From Candidatus Melainabacteria bacterium 17Bon1m (lineage in GTDB: Bacteria; Cyanobacteriota; Vampirovibrionia; Obscuribacterales; Obscuribacteraceae): a stretch of DNA of 64,000 bases. The notes beneath the pieces are model-generated. The model made no database searches and was not told the DNA's origin. It saw only the letters and a program-made list of their open reading frames with translations. Made by a program: the position numbers and the translations under genes. Location of the stretch: NCBI GenBank assembly GCA_032128875.1, contig JAVLKG010000002.1, positions 672,001 through 736,000 of the forward strand, given 5' to 3'. Numbering within the stretch: position 1 is the stretch's first letter; each line of letters begins with the position of its first letter. Below are positions 49,152 to 59,019 of the stretch, piece after piece.

Positions 49152-50288
49152 GTGAGTCTCGCAGAATTTTCTATTCAGAACTATCGTTCCATTAAGCATG
49201 CATGGCTCAAGCTTGATCGAATGAACGTTATTGTTGGCCCGAACGGTTCTGGGAAGAGCAATCTTTACCGCGCTATATATTTGCTCGCTTCAACAGCCTC
49301 TGGAAGGTTGGCTCGCAACGTTGCAGAAGAAGGCGGAATGTCTTCTGTCCTTTGGTCAGGAGAACGTAGTAGCGATTCGAAAAAGGTGGAGTTGTCTGTC
49401 AAGTTAGACAACCTTCAATACGATCTGACCTTCGCTGCATTATCTGCTGCGCTTGGTGGTGGCAAGGACTCAGTATTCAAGAACGATGTTGAAATTCTAA
49501 AAGAGGAAATCAACATTAGAAGCGGACAAAAGCGAACTTGTATTTTAAAACGCAATAAAGCTGCTATCTATCTTATCGATGCAAAGGGTGTGAAAGTTGA
49601 TTACACCATGCGCGTACCAGCGAACGAATCGATTCTGTTCGGAATAAGAGAACCGCACCGGTTTCCACAGCTATCCGCACTGCGGCAAGAGTTTTTGAGC
49701 TGGCGGTTCTATCACCATTTTCGCACTGATAAAGAATCTCCACTTCGAAGACCTCAACTCGCTGTGATGACTCCCCGAATGGCTCACGATGGCAGCGATT
49801 TCGTTTCAGCAATTGCCACAATTCTTCAGTGGGGTGATAAGAATGGATTGTTGAATAGTTTGGACGATGCCTTCCCTGGTTCTGATCTGGCAATATCCGA
49901 ATCAGCTTCGGGCTTGCGAGTTCTCTTCAAATCAGCCGATTTGCGAAGGGCCTTTCAGACTCACGAACTGTCAGATGGAACATTGCAATACTTGTGTTTG
50001 CTCGCTGCTTTGTATAGCTTAGATCCACCATCTGTGTTGGTGCTCAACGAACCAGAAACGAGTCTTCATCCAGATCTCAGCGAGCCGCTGGCACGACTTT
50101 TAGTAGCTGCTTCTCACCGCTCGCAAGTTTGGATAACGACACATTCTCGTGATCTTGCTGATGCAATTGTTGAACTCAGTGGCTATTCTCCGATTGAGTT
50201 GGAGAAAGTTGAAGGTGAAACTAAGCTGATGGGTGTCAGCATGGGACGTTTTAGAGAATCGTTTCAGCTGTCGGAAGACGATGACTGA
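49152..50288 (+). CDS. Predicted ABC/SMC-like ATPase, copy 2
   Basis: GPNGSGKSN, WRFYHHFRTD, LSDGT, LNEPETSLH, TTHS. Confidence 0.88.
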   Translation: MSLAEFSIQNYRSIKHAWLKLDRMNVIVGPNGSGKSNLYRAIYLLASTASGRLARNVAEEGGMSSVLWSGERSSDSKKVELSVKLDNLQYDLTFAALSAALGGGKDSVFKNDVEILKEEINIRSGQKRTCILKRNKAAIYLIDAKGVKVDYTMRVPANESILFGIREPHRFPQLSALRQEFLSWRFYHHFRTDKESPLRRPQLAVMTPRMAHDGSDFVSAIATILQWGDKNGLLNSLDDAFPGSDLAISESASGLRVLFKSADLRRAFQTHELSDGTLQYLCLLAALYSLDPPSVLVLNEPETSLHPDLSEPLARLLVAASHRSQVWITTHSRDLADAIVELSGYSPIELEKVEGETKLMGVSMGRFRESFQLSEDDD

Positions 50289-50370
50289 TTCCAGGTAAGA
50301 AATTAAGAAGCGATTGAAAAAAATTAGGGCGCGTGCAACGCGCCCCCACGATTATTGCCTGCACAATTTA

Positions 50371-50408
50371 TTGCAACACGTTGCTAGTTATTTGCAACAC
50401 GTTGCTAG
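50371..50408. repeat. 17-bp direct repeat with quasi-palindromic core
   Basis: TTGCAACACGTTGCTAG at 50371-50387 and 50392-50408. Confidence 0.85.
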
Positions 50409-50926
50409 GCCGATTTCGACAAATCGATCTTCTCGTGCTCTGTGCCTTCTTCTTTGTATTCTTCGCCGGTTACCGCGGCTTTGATGAATCCAAACAATTG
50501 CACGATTGAATACGATGGTGCATCCCAGTATTCTGCATATTCAGGAGTGACACGCATCACTGCGATCATTGGATCATCAGGACCTTTTGGAAACCAGGCT
50601 TTCATCAATGGATTCCAGAGTTCATGTACTTTTTTCGTGTCGCGATATGTTTGACCGTATCCGGAAATAGATACATACCGCTGAGATCCAACATCCATGT
50701 AGGCTAGGTTGACTTGCTCTTGTTGACTAACCTCAGCGACTTTTGCGGTGTTTGTATATGTCAAAAACCACAGCGCGTCATCAACATTCACTTCATGCGT
50801 CGCCATCGGACGGCTGCGCAATTGACCATCCGCACTAATGGTTGTGAGCATCGCTACTTTGATGTCTTTGATGAGTTCCTGCAATTTCTTTTTGGAATCT
50901 TCATCATAGTAATTCTGACCTTTCAT
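50405..50926 (-). CDS. General stress protein 26 / pyridoxamine 5'-phosphate oxidase-like protein
   Basis: AMLTT..RSRPM, LWFLT, LWNP..KAWFP.GPDDP, AEYWD. Confidence 0.9.
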   Translation of the reverse strand: MKGQNYYDEDSKKKLQELIKDIKVAMLTTISADGQLRSRPMATHEVNVDDALWFLTYTNTAKVAEVSQQEQVNLAYMDVGSQRYVSISGYGQTYRDTKKVHELWNPLMKAWFPKGPDDPMIAVMRVTPEYAEYWDAPSYSIVQLFGFIKAAVTGEEYKEEGTEHEKIDLSKSA

Positions 50927-51009
50927 TCTGTTACTCCTTTGCTCGCATCGTTGCGCGTTGCTCTGGTTTCAACAGAATGACTGGTGAATTTGATGAGGGT
51001 TCCTGATGA

Positions 51010-52020
51010 TTAAGGTTGAACTACGCTTGGCTCTGTTGGAGGTGGCGGAGTGTATCCGCCCACAGGCTGGCTGATCACAGGCTGTTGTGGCGTGAACGGC
51101 TGCGGCTGTGGTTGTGGTTGAGTTACTGGAGTGCCAGGAAGTGATGAACTGGGAGAGCCGGTTGTCGTTGAGGTTGAATTACCAATGTTGTTGAAATCTG
51201 GAGGCGCAGTCTTGCTCATCATTTGGAAACCAAAGAATGCAAGCGCGATCACAACAACCAGAGCTGCAATCATCATATATCCGGTATTGTTGTTCGCTGG
51301 CAAATCACGATTTTGGAATTGATAATTCGCATTAGGGTCTTGCACAGGCAGACCGGATGCAGACGATGATGTCATTGCCGATTGATAGGTGTTGTAATTC
51401 TTCATCCACTGCGGCTGTTCCCCTGGTGGCTTTGCAGGTGCCGAAGGTGGGCGAGATCCCGGGGTTGGAATAGCGTTGAGGTCGGTCGCGCTGACGCTCG
51501 CGGAATTACCCATTCCTGGTGTAGGAATCGCATTCAACTGATCAGCAAAACTCAAGGAGCCACCGGCCGCGGCCGCTGCAGCCGCTGGAGCAGCGGGAGC
51601 CTCAGGTGCTTTGGCCGCTGCGCCCGGAGTTGGGATTGCATCTAGCTGACTCTTTGTAATTGAGGCCGCGGACTTTTGTCCGGGGGTTGGAATAGCATTT
51701 AGTTGATCAGCAATACTTGATTCTGGTTTCGCCGCTGACGGAGCCGGAACTGGAGCTGGCGCTGCTTTTGCGCCCGGCGTCGGAATAGCGTCCAGCGCGG
51801 ATTTCATATTTTGCTGGCTGCTGGCGGGTTTGGGCGCCGGAACGGAAGGTGGGGCAGGCTTTGCTGCCGCGGCGGCGGGGGAGCCCGGCGCCTTAATGGC
51901 ATCAAGCTGTGCTTTCATACTTGCGCCTGTGTCCGCGTGACCCTTGCAATGTGCTTCTGGGGATGCCGGATCGGCGACTTTGGATTTCCCACAAATGGAA
52001 CAGAGATTTGCGTCAGTCAT
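51010..52020 (-). CDS. Pro/Ala-rich membrane-anchored protein with N-terminal Cys/His knuckle and six L(D/N)AIPTPG-like motifs
   Basis: CSIC..HCKGH; repeated motif; one TM (MIAALVVVIALAFFGF). Confidence 0.75.
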   Translation of the reverse strand: MTDANLCSICGKSKVADPASPEAHCKGHADTGASMKAQLDAIKAPGSPAAAAAKPAPPSVPAPKPASSQQNMKSALDAIPTPGAKAAPAPVPAPSAAKPESSIADQLNAIPTPGQKSAASITKSQLDAIPTPGAAAKAPEAPAAPAAAAAAAGGSLSFADQLNAIPTPGMGNSASVSATDLNAIPTPGSRPPSAPAKPPGEQPQWMKNYNTYQSAMTSSSASGLPVQDPNANYQFQNRDLPANNNTGYMMIAALVVVIALAFFGFQMMSKTAPPDFNNIGNSTSTTTGSPSSSLPGTPVTQPQPQPQPFTPQQPVISQPVGGYTPPPPTEPSVVQP

Positions 52021-52279
52021 AGGTTGAACTCAAAATCGGGGCGATTATTAACTATGTCAAAACATTATATACGGTAGGTTGTACCCGATTTTTTAGCCCA
52101 TTCATCATGCCCAAGATGCTTACAGGCTGAGACTTTCAGGTTTTGTCACGAGGGATACGGATTGCCATATGTGCACTTTTGCCAATTGCACGCGTTTTTC
52201 CAGGCGGAAAACCATCTAAGGCCGATAAAATCGTTGCTTGCAGAATTTTGCAATTCAGGAAAAAAACAAGGACAAGTTC

Positions 52280-53314
52280 ATGACAAGTACGATGCAAACT
52301 AAGAACCGACAGTTTCGCCTTAAATCAAGACCAAGCGGTCGGGTGACAAACGACAATTTTGATTTTGTCGAAGAAACAATTCCTGAATTGGCTAAAGACC
52401 AGATTTTGGTGCGCACCATTTATCTTTCACTCGATCCTACAAATAGAATCTGGATGAGTGACATGGAGCAGTATTTGCCGCCGGTACAGATTGGCGATGT
52501 TATGCGCGGACTTGGGATTGGCAAAGTTGTTCAATCGAAGAATCCTAAATTCAAAGAAGGGTCGTATGTAAGTGGCGTGCTAGGGTGGCAGGAATATGTC
52601 GTGTCAGATGGCAGAGGCGCTTGGCCGCTGACGGTTTTGCCAAAGTTGCCTGGTTTATCTTTGGAAATTATGGCTGGCGCTGCTGGTATGACCGGACTCA
52701 CTGCTTTTTTCGGATTGTTTGAAATCGGCAAGCCTAAAGAAGGGGAGACGCTGGTTGTCTCCGCCGCAGCCGGTGCCGTCGGTAGCATTGTCGGACAGCT
52801 CGGTAAAATTAGCGGACTGAGAGTTGTTGGTATTGCCGGTGGTGAGGAGAAGTGCAGATGGCTCAAGGATGAACTGAAGTTTGATGCCGCTATCGACTAC
52901 AAAAATCCTAATTGGAAGCAACATCTTGAGGAAGCGACTCCTAATGGAGTCGACATCAACTTTGAAAACGTCGGTGGCGAAATAATGGAAGCCGTCTATA
53001 AGCGGATGAACTTGCATAGCCGTTTTGTGTTGTGTGGGCTGATTTCCGGATATAACGATACCGATGACAGTAAGTCTCGACTCAGCATTGCACGCGCGCT
53101 CATGCAACGTATCAAGATCGAAGGATTCATAATTACTGACTATGTCCAACGCTTTCAGGAAGCTGCGACCAAGTTGGTTATGTGGATGGCCGCAGGGAAA
53201 ATCAAGCACAAAGAAACAATTATCGACGGACTAGATAAAGCTCCTGAATCGTTGAATCTCTTGTTTGACGGCGGCAATGTCGGAAAGCTCTTGATCAAAG
53301 TATCGGAGCCTTAA
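52280..53314 (+). CDS. NADP-dependent oxidoreductase (prostaglandin reductase / CurA-like MDR family)
   Basis: YLSLDP, GMTGLTA, VSAAAGAVGS, FENVGG, GGNVGKL. Confidence 0.92.
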   Translation: MTSTMQTKNRQFRLKSRPSGRVTNDNFDFVEETIPELAKDQILVRTIYLSLDPTNRIWMSDMEQYLPPVQIGDVMRGLGIGKVVQSKNPKFKEGSYVSGVLGWQEYVVSDGRGAWPLTVLPKLPGLSLEIMAGAAGMTGLTAFFGLFEIGKPKEGETLVVSAAAGAVGSIVGQLGKISGLRVVGIAGGEEKCRWLKDELKFDAAIDYKNPNWKQHLEEATPNGVDINFENVGGEIMEAVYKRMNLHSRFVLCGLISGYNDTDDSKSRLSIARALMQRIKIEGFIITDYVQRFQEAATKLVMWMAAGKIKHKETIIDGLDKAPESLNLLFDGGNVGKLLIKVSEP

Positions 53315-53426
53315 GTAATGACTGTGAAACGTGGAGCGCAAATCCCTTGAAAGGGGGTGCGCACTTTCGCGGAAAGCATTAATATAGTCACAGTTGTCGT
53401 TGAAGTCGCCTTCTCGGAGAAGCACC

Positions 53427-53531
53427 ATGGGAAAAGAGCAAAAGCAGAAGAAAGAAGTGAAAAAGAAGCCGGCTAAGACTCAGAAAGAGAAAAAGGCCGC
53501 AAAACAAGAGAAGAAGCGGTCCGGCTCGTAG
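53427..53531 (+). CDS. 34-aa Lys-rich small protein MGKEQKQKKEVKKKPAKTQKEKKAAKQEKKRSGS
   Basis: SD GGAG upstream and terminator downstream; too short for the ORF track. Confidence 0.7.
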   Translation: MGKEQKQKKEVKKKPAKTQKEKKAAKQEKKRSGS

Positions 53532-53551
53532 TTCAACCGCATTCAGGTTTC

Positions 53552-53592
53552 AAAGCCATAAGCTAGCGCCAGGGTGCGGCTTATGGCTTTTT
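53552..53592 (+). terminator. Intrinsic terminator
   Basis: AAAGCCATAAGC...GCTTATGGCTTT stem plus T tract. Confidence 0.75.
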
Positions 53593-53698
53593 AGTCGACA
53601 AGAGGAACGCGAAGCTGTTAGACCGTGTTCTCAAAGATCAAATTGCATTAGAATAGCCTGCTGAATCGTTTGGTTACCTTTGGTTTCCTGTATCTCAA

Positions 53699-54547
53699 AT
53701 GCCTGGCGCAGCAATAATGTGGATTCGAGATGGCGTTCTGGTCAACAGAATGCACCTAAATCCCGTCGCGTTTGCCTTTGCTTATTGGTTTTTCACTCCT
53801 CCTGAAAAGCGTTCGCGACTGACGATTGAGCGCTTGATCAATTTCGGTTTTACCAAATCGGGCTTTTCTTGCGCCGATAAAATGTTTCTTTTCAATCAAG
53901 AGAACGATGACGCATTGACCGATGTTGACGCTGCTGCCAGCTTCTACAACGAGCTTGCGACGGTAGCTGCCGAGTCGTGCTCCTATTTCGATGGCGCTAT
54001 TGAATTGCTTGGAGATTTGCAGAAGGCGGGTGTTTACAGCTACATCACATCGGCAGTTGAGCAGGAAGTTCTCGACAAATGGGCCCAAAGTCCCCAAGGT
54101 AAATTGATTAGTCCGAAGTTGATGGAAATCTTGGGAAGACGCCCGAATTTTTTTAAAGGGACCGATCACTTCGAATACGTCAGTGACACGGTAAAACCTG
54201 ATTGTATTTACTACGTGGCGGATGCTGTTTCGGAATTGCTAACGGTGCTTGCTAACAAGGAACGATTCAAGATTGTTTCGATCGGTTTTTCTTATTGCAT
54301 AGATAAACCGCAAGTGATGGAAGCCGTTAGATTGGTGAAGCAGACCTTGAGCAGTTTTTCTCCTGGTGCTATTCCATATCCTGAAGATTTAGAAGTGGAC
54401 GAGACTAAACTGCAAGTTCCGGAAGAATACCAACTTGCGGATTCGCTTAGAGGTGCGGGTGCCGATCACGTTGCGGGGGGCGATGCGAACGAGATCTTTG
54501 CCAACCTCAGGCAGTATTTCGTGGACAGCGGTTTGCTAAAGCAATAA
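53699..54547 (+). CDS. Degenerate HAD-like hypothetical protein
   Basis: WIRDGVLV (motif I-like, first Asp absent), FDGAIELL, YVADAVSE. Confidence 0.5.
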   Translation: MPGAAIMWIRDGVLVNRMHLNPVAFAFAYWFFTPPEKRSRLTIERLINFGFTKSGFSCADKMFLFNQENDDALTDVDAAASFYNELATVAAESCSYFDGAIELLGDLQKAGVYSYITSAVEQEVLDKWAQSPQGKLISPKLMEILGRRPNFFKGTDHFEYVSDTVKPDCIYYVADAVSELLTVLANKERFKIVSIGFSYCIDKPQVMEAVRLVKQTLSSFSPGAIPYPEDLEVDETKLQVPEEYQLADSLRGAGADHVAGGDANEIFANLRQYFVDSGLLKQ

Positions 54548-54812
54548 GCACTGCGACAAAGCATTTTGTGCGTCTTTCTGTCTAGGACAGGCTTTTGCGA
54601 TGTTTTACTAGCGCTCCGGTAGGTGCCGAGGAGCGTTTAATCTTCGTGACCAACTTCTGACCGCAGATTTCCATAGAGTGCAAGCACCCCTCAACTAGCT
54701 GCCGCAGACATCACTCACTGTGATTTCCAGCACATGGCGTTGAGATTCGACTGTCCGGATACGCCTTCCGAAGCGCAGTCTTCAATAAATAATTTACGGA
54801 GAGGAAACCTTA

Positions 54813-55796
54813 ATGACATACGAAAGCCAAGGCCATCGCGGTGGAGAAGTCCCAACACAGCCAGCGCCGCAATTGAATTTGCTCGATCTGAACAGTAATC
54901 GTAATCTCAATCGTAACGACAACGCCAACAGCAATCGTAACGACAACGTCAACAGCAATCGCAACGATAACATCAACAGTAATCGCAATGACAATACGTT
55001 GATAAATGCGCCGCGCCAGGATGTTCGAGTCAACACCGGTCCAAATACATCAGATTCGCGCTCCAATGCCGTATCTGGCTCCAACTCCAGTGCCGATGCT
55101 CGTGGAGGCAATGCTCAAATCAACGACAACCGTTCTGAAAATGTCAAATATTATGGTGGCAGCGCTACCGCGCCGAATGTGTACGCAAGCGGATTTTGCA
55201 GTGAAGGTGGAAGCACCGGTGTATATGTTCTTGGATTTGGAGTAAGTGGTGGCAAAACCACTCTCAACCAAGAGTGCCTGAAGAAAGAGGATTTCCAGCG
55301 CACCATGCAGCAGGTTTGCAAAGCCAGCGACGAACACGCGATGGTTGCCCTTCAAAGTTTTCAATTAGAATTGCAAGCCGGTAATCAACTCGGCACCAAC
55401 CCATACGCACCGGGTGTTGGCGCGGGTGCACGTAGAATTGCCAACGCAAAAGCAGAAGTGTCACTGCAGTTGGATAGCGTATGTTCCACTCTGGCTAACA
55501 GCGCCGATGCCACCATGGACTCGATGAAGAAGCTTGGTCTGGACAAGCCGATTATCATTCCAGGTCAAGCCAGCAACGCTGCTGAACAGCGAATGCTTGA
55601 CGAAGCTGTAGCTCAAAAGCTCGAAGAGTTCAATAACCGAGTCACAAAGGTAGAACAGAGATCCACCGAGGTCAATGTCACTACAATCAATGTGTTGCCT
55701 GAGCCACCAAAACCGGTGCATCGTCCTCAACCAGCCAAGCCAAAACCCGTAGCACCAGCCGCGGAAGATTGCCCTCCTGGTGCAAAAAAGAAGTAA
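54813..55796 (+). CDS. Hypothetical protein with Asn-rich octapeptide repeats
   Basis: SD GAGG upstream; about four NRNDN(A/V/I)NS units (24-bp repeat at 54909-54995); Pro-rich C-terminus. Confidence 0.7.
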   Translation: MTYESQGHRGGEVPTQPAPQLNLLDLNSNRNLNRNDNANSNRNDNVNSNRNDNINSNRNDNTLINAPRQDVRVNTGPNTSDSRSNAVSGSNSSADARGGNAQINDNRSENVKYYGGSATAPNVYASGFCSEGGSTGVYVLGFGVSGGKTTLNQECLKKEDFQRTMQQVCKASDEHAMVALQSFQLELQAGNQLGTNPYAPGVGAGARRIANAKAEVSLQLDSVCSTLANSADATMDSMKKLGLDKPIIIPGQASNAAEQRMLDEAVAQKLEEFNNRVTKVEQRSTEVNVTTINVLPEPPKPVHRPQPAKPKPVAPAAEDCPPGAKKK

Positions 55797-55820
55797 CTGG
55801 CGAAACTTGAGGAATTCCCG

Positions 55821-56585
55821 ATGAGAGCTATGGAGTATTCTGGTGCCGATTTTGATCGGCATCAGTTGGATGAAAGAAACAGCGAACCAAACGGTCTTGG
55901 TATCGAAGCACTTCGCCTGTTGGATCAAAAAGCGGCGCGTAATATAAACACGTCAGATGGTTGGGCGCCGGCATCTGTTCTTGATTCTTCTGGAAAGAAA
56001 GTGTATGCGAGCTGGGCTGCTGAAATTCTCGATGCAAAACAGTACACGGTCAGAGCAGGGGACAGTCTCTATCAGATTGCCAGGCGCTCTCTAGGTGTAA
56101 CTGGAAATCCCGATGCGACCCAATCTGAAATCAAACGCGAGATGCATCGCATCACCGAATTGAATAAGAAAGAGTTTCCGGAACTGCGAAAAGGTCGGGT
56201 TGCCGAAGGGGCTACGCTAGTTTTAGAAGCACCAAAAGTATTGCCTGCGGCGCAAGCAGACACATCTGCAACCCGCACCGATCTACCGTCCGATTCGTTG
56301 CCTCAGGCTCGTAATGGAGATTGCGCTCCGCGAGCCAGAGTCGAGGTGAAAAATGCTGTGGTTCATGCAGAGAAATGCGACAACTTTGAACTCTTCGAAA
56401 ATGGAATTGCAGTCGTAAGACCGGGTGCTGATGTTATAGTCAATTCTGGTGGACGAGCTTTCGTATTCGGCGGCAGAGTATCGGCTCGTGTCGGCTCGAG
56501 TGTCATTGCTGTCGGCGGAGATGTCGATGCACAGCCGGGTTCCAGAGTTAGATATGTGACCGATACGCGAGCGACATTCAGGTAA
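55821..56585 (+). CDS. LysM-domain protein with C-terminal beta-helix-like repeats
   Basis: YTVRAGDSLYQIARR..ITELN; V..GG.V.A..GS repeats. Confidence 0.75.
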   Translation: MRAMEYSGADFDRHQLDERNSEPNGLGIEALRLLDQKAARNINTSDGWAPASVLDSSGKKVYASWAAEILDAKQYTVRAGDSLYQIARRSLGVTGNPDATQSEIKREMHRITELNKKEFPELRKGRVAEGATLVLEAPKVLPAAQADTSATRTDLPSDSLPQARNGDCAPRARVEVKNAVVHAEKCDNFELFENGIAVVRPGADVIVNSGGRAFVFGGRVSARVGSSVIAVGGDVDAQPGSRVRYVTDTRATFR

Positions 56586-56648
56586 GAGGCTCGCAAATTC
56601 CTGAGTTTTTCTCTTTGCATACTAGCGATCTCCTGATACGCTTTTGCC

Positions 56649-58745
56649 ATGCAAGAAACTATTCATGAATTCAAGCCATATATTGCGTCGGAAGAAAACG
56701 TCAAAGAGCTAACACCAAGAGCAATCATTCTTGGATGTATGTTCGGAGTTTTGTTCGGAGCTGCATCTGTTTATCTCGCATTAAAAGCGGGTCTCACTGT
56801 ATCTGCATCGATTCCCGTCGCGGTCCTTGCAATATCGCTTGGGCGCAAGTTGCTCAAGACGACAATTCTTGAAAACAACATCATTCAAACTACCGCTTCT
56901 GCCGGCGAGTCGATAGCATCGGGCGTCGTTTTTACCTTGACTGGGTTTCTCTTCCTGAGTGTTACCGACAAAGGCGAAAGTGTCGGCGCACCATTTTTCG
57001 ATTACTGGACCATCTTCATTCTTGCCGCGCTTGGTGGCATTCTCGGAACGTTGATGATGATTCCTCTCAGGCGGTCTTTGATCGTCAAAGAGCACGGCAA
57101 TCTCCCATATCCCGAAGGCACCGCTTGCGGCTCTGTATTGATAGCGGGCGAAAAGGGTGGCAGCTCTGCTAAGACTGCATATTTGGGACTCGGATTCGCA
57201 ATGTTGTACGCATTCTTTCAACACGTGCTTCACGTAATTGCCGAAACCCCGACTTACGTTACTAAACAAACCAACAAGTTTTTCCCCTCCGCCACCGTCA
57301 ACGGCGAAATCACACCCGAATATATGGGAGTGGGATATATCGTCGGATTTAGAATTGCCGGATGTTTAGTGGCTGGTGGCGTGCTCGCATGGCTTGGTTT
57401 GATACCGCTTCTGGCGAGCATTGTGCCAATGGACACGATTGCGCAGCAGTTGGTAAAGCTCGGCAACTTGCAGAGTCTGTCTGCAGTAGGTGGTCCAGGA
57501 AATTGGGACCCCAACACGCATACGTTTGCAAACACTGCGGAGGCGGTTTATCGCGCATATGTTCGTCAGATTGGTGCTGGTGCGGTTGCTGCCGGTGGTT
57601 TCTTCACTCTTTTGAAAACAATTCCTACCATCATCTCTTCTTTCCGAGACAGTTTGGGCTCCTTCAAATCTGATGGCAGCGCAGGAGCTGTTTCACGTGT
57701 GGACAATGATTTGTCCATCAAAACAGTACTCATCGGCTCGGTGGTTCTTGTTGCTTTGATGGTGGCACTACCTCAAATACCAGGCGATTCAATTGTGCAA
57801 AAACTGCTCATTGGCGTGCTGGTAATTATCTTTGGATTCTTCTTTGTCACGGTATCAAGCAGAATCGTCGGCTTAATCGGATCAAGCTCTAACCCGATTT
57901 CCGGTATGACAATTGCCACACTCATGGCGACTTCGCTTGTCTTCATCGGATTTGGATTGACCGGTCATTTGTATGAACCGATGGTCCTTGTCGTTGGAGG
58001 TATCGTGTGTATTGCAGCAGCCAATGGTGGCGCTACGTCACAGGATTTGAAGACAGGTTACATCGTTGGTGCCACTCCGAGAAATCAGCAGATCTGTTTA
58101 TTTATCGGTGCTGTTGTTGCATCTATTGTGATTGGTTTAACTGTCAAAATGCTCGATCACCCTTCGCCCGATATGGTGGCAAAAGGTATTGTTCACGCAA
58201 TCGGCAGCGACAAGTTTCCCGCACCTCAAGGCACTTTGATGGCGACACTCATCAAAGGAATGTTGTCGTTCAATCTTGATTGGAACTTTGTTTTAGTCGG
58301 TGTGTTTCTTGCCACCACAATGGAGCTTTGTGGTGTCAATGCGTTGAACTTTGCAGTTGGTGCATACCTGCCCTTATCTACAACGCTTCCCATTTTCGTT
58401 GGTGGTGTGATAAAGAAATTTGTTGAGATTTCGGCGAAACGAAAAGGCGTGGAATCTGCTGATGATGAGTTAGGGAGCGGAAGCTTATTCGCGACGGGGC
58501 TGGTCGCCGGTGGTGCACTTGCAGGCGTAATCGTTGCACTACTGTCGATACCAGAGCCAATCTACAAGTTTTTGCAGTCTGTAAGTTGTGAGCACACGCT
58601 GACCAGCATGCTTGGAGATCAAGGCTACCAGCTTGCAGGTGTGATCTTCTTTACGCTTATGGGGCTGACTTTGTATCGCGTAGCGACCAAGGGTGAAGAG
58701 CCGCCCGCAGAGAACAAAACGGACGAAGCTCTAGCTACCAGATGA
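56649..58745 (+). CDS. OPT-family oligopeptide transporter
   Basis: ELTPRAIILG, YLALKAG, LENNIIQT, LPYPEGTA, SSNPISG, QDLKTG, PAPQGTLM. Confidence 0.93.
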   Translation: MQETIHEFKPYIASEENVKELTPRAIILGCMFGVLFGAASVYLALKAGLTVSASIPVAVLAISLGRKLLKTTILENNIIQTTASAGESIASGVVFTLTGFLFLSVTDKGESVGAPFFDYWTIFILAALGGILGTLMMIPLRRSLIVKEHGNLPYPEGTACGSVLIAGEKGGSSAKTAYLGLGFAMLYAFFQHVLHVIAETPTYVTKQTNKFFPSATVNGEITPEYMGVGYIVGFRIAGCLVAGGVLAWLGLIPLLASIVPMDTIAQQLVKLGNLQSLSAVGGPGNWDPNTHTFANTAEAVYRAYVRQIGAGAVAAGGFFTLLKTIPTIISSFRDSLGSFKSDGSAGAVSRVDNDLSIKTVLIGSVVLVALMVALPQIPGDSIVQKLLIGVLVIIFGFFFVTVSSRIVGLIGSSSNPISGMTIATLMATSLVFIGFGLTGHLYEPMVLVVGGIVCIAAANGGATSQDLKTGYIVGATPRNQQICLFIGAVVASIVIGLTVKMLDHPSPDMVAKGIVHAIGSDKFPAPQGTLMATLIKGMLSFNLDWNFVLVGVFLATTMELCGVNALNFAVGAYLPLSTTLPIFVGGVIKKFVEISAKRKGVESADDELGSGSLFATGLVAGGALAGVIVALLSIPEPIYKFLQSVSCEHTLTSMLGDQGYQLAGVIFFTLMGLTLYRVATKGEEPPAENKTDEALATR

Positions 58746-59019
58746 ACTGAGCTTTTTGGTCGCCGCTTACGTATTGAAAGCCGAATTGCTCGACTTCGCT
58801 AGGATCGCAGTTGAAGAATTCAACTACATGCACATCCTTTTTCGATACCGGGAGTGGCGCTCCGACTGCACGGAAGAGTTCGATTGTTCTCTTTGTGTCG
58901 AGAACTACCTGGGTCGAGCGGCGTGAGTCGCCGTAAAAGGTAACGGAAGCCAGCCAGCCTTCGGCTTGGCGCTTGATTTGGACGATTCCACGAGTGCCTA
59001 CTTTGGTTGCCGTGATCAT
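58735..59019 (-). CDS. Hypothetical protein
   Basis: 94-aa ORF with SD GGAG before ATG 59019. Confidence 0.5.
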   Translation of the reverse strand: MITATKVGTRGIVQIKRQAEGWLASVTFYGDSRRSTQVVLDTKRTIELFRAVGAPLPVSKKDVHVVEFFNCDPSEVEQFGFQYVSGDQKAQFIW

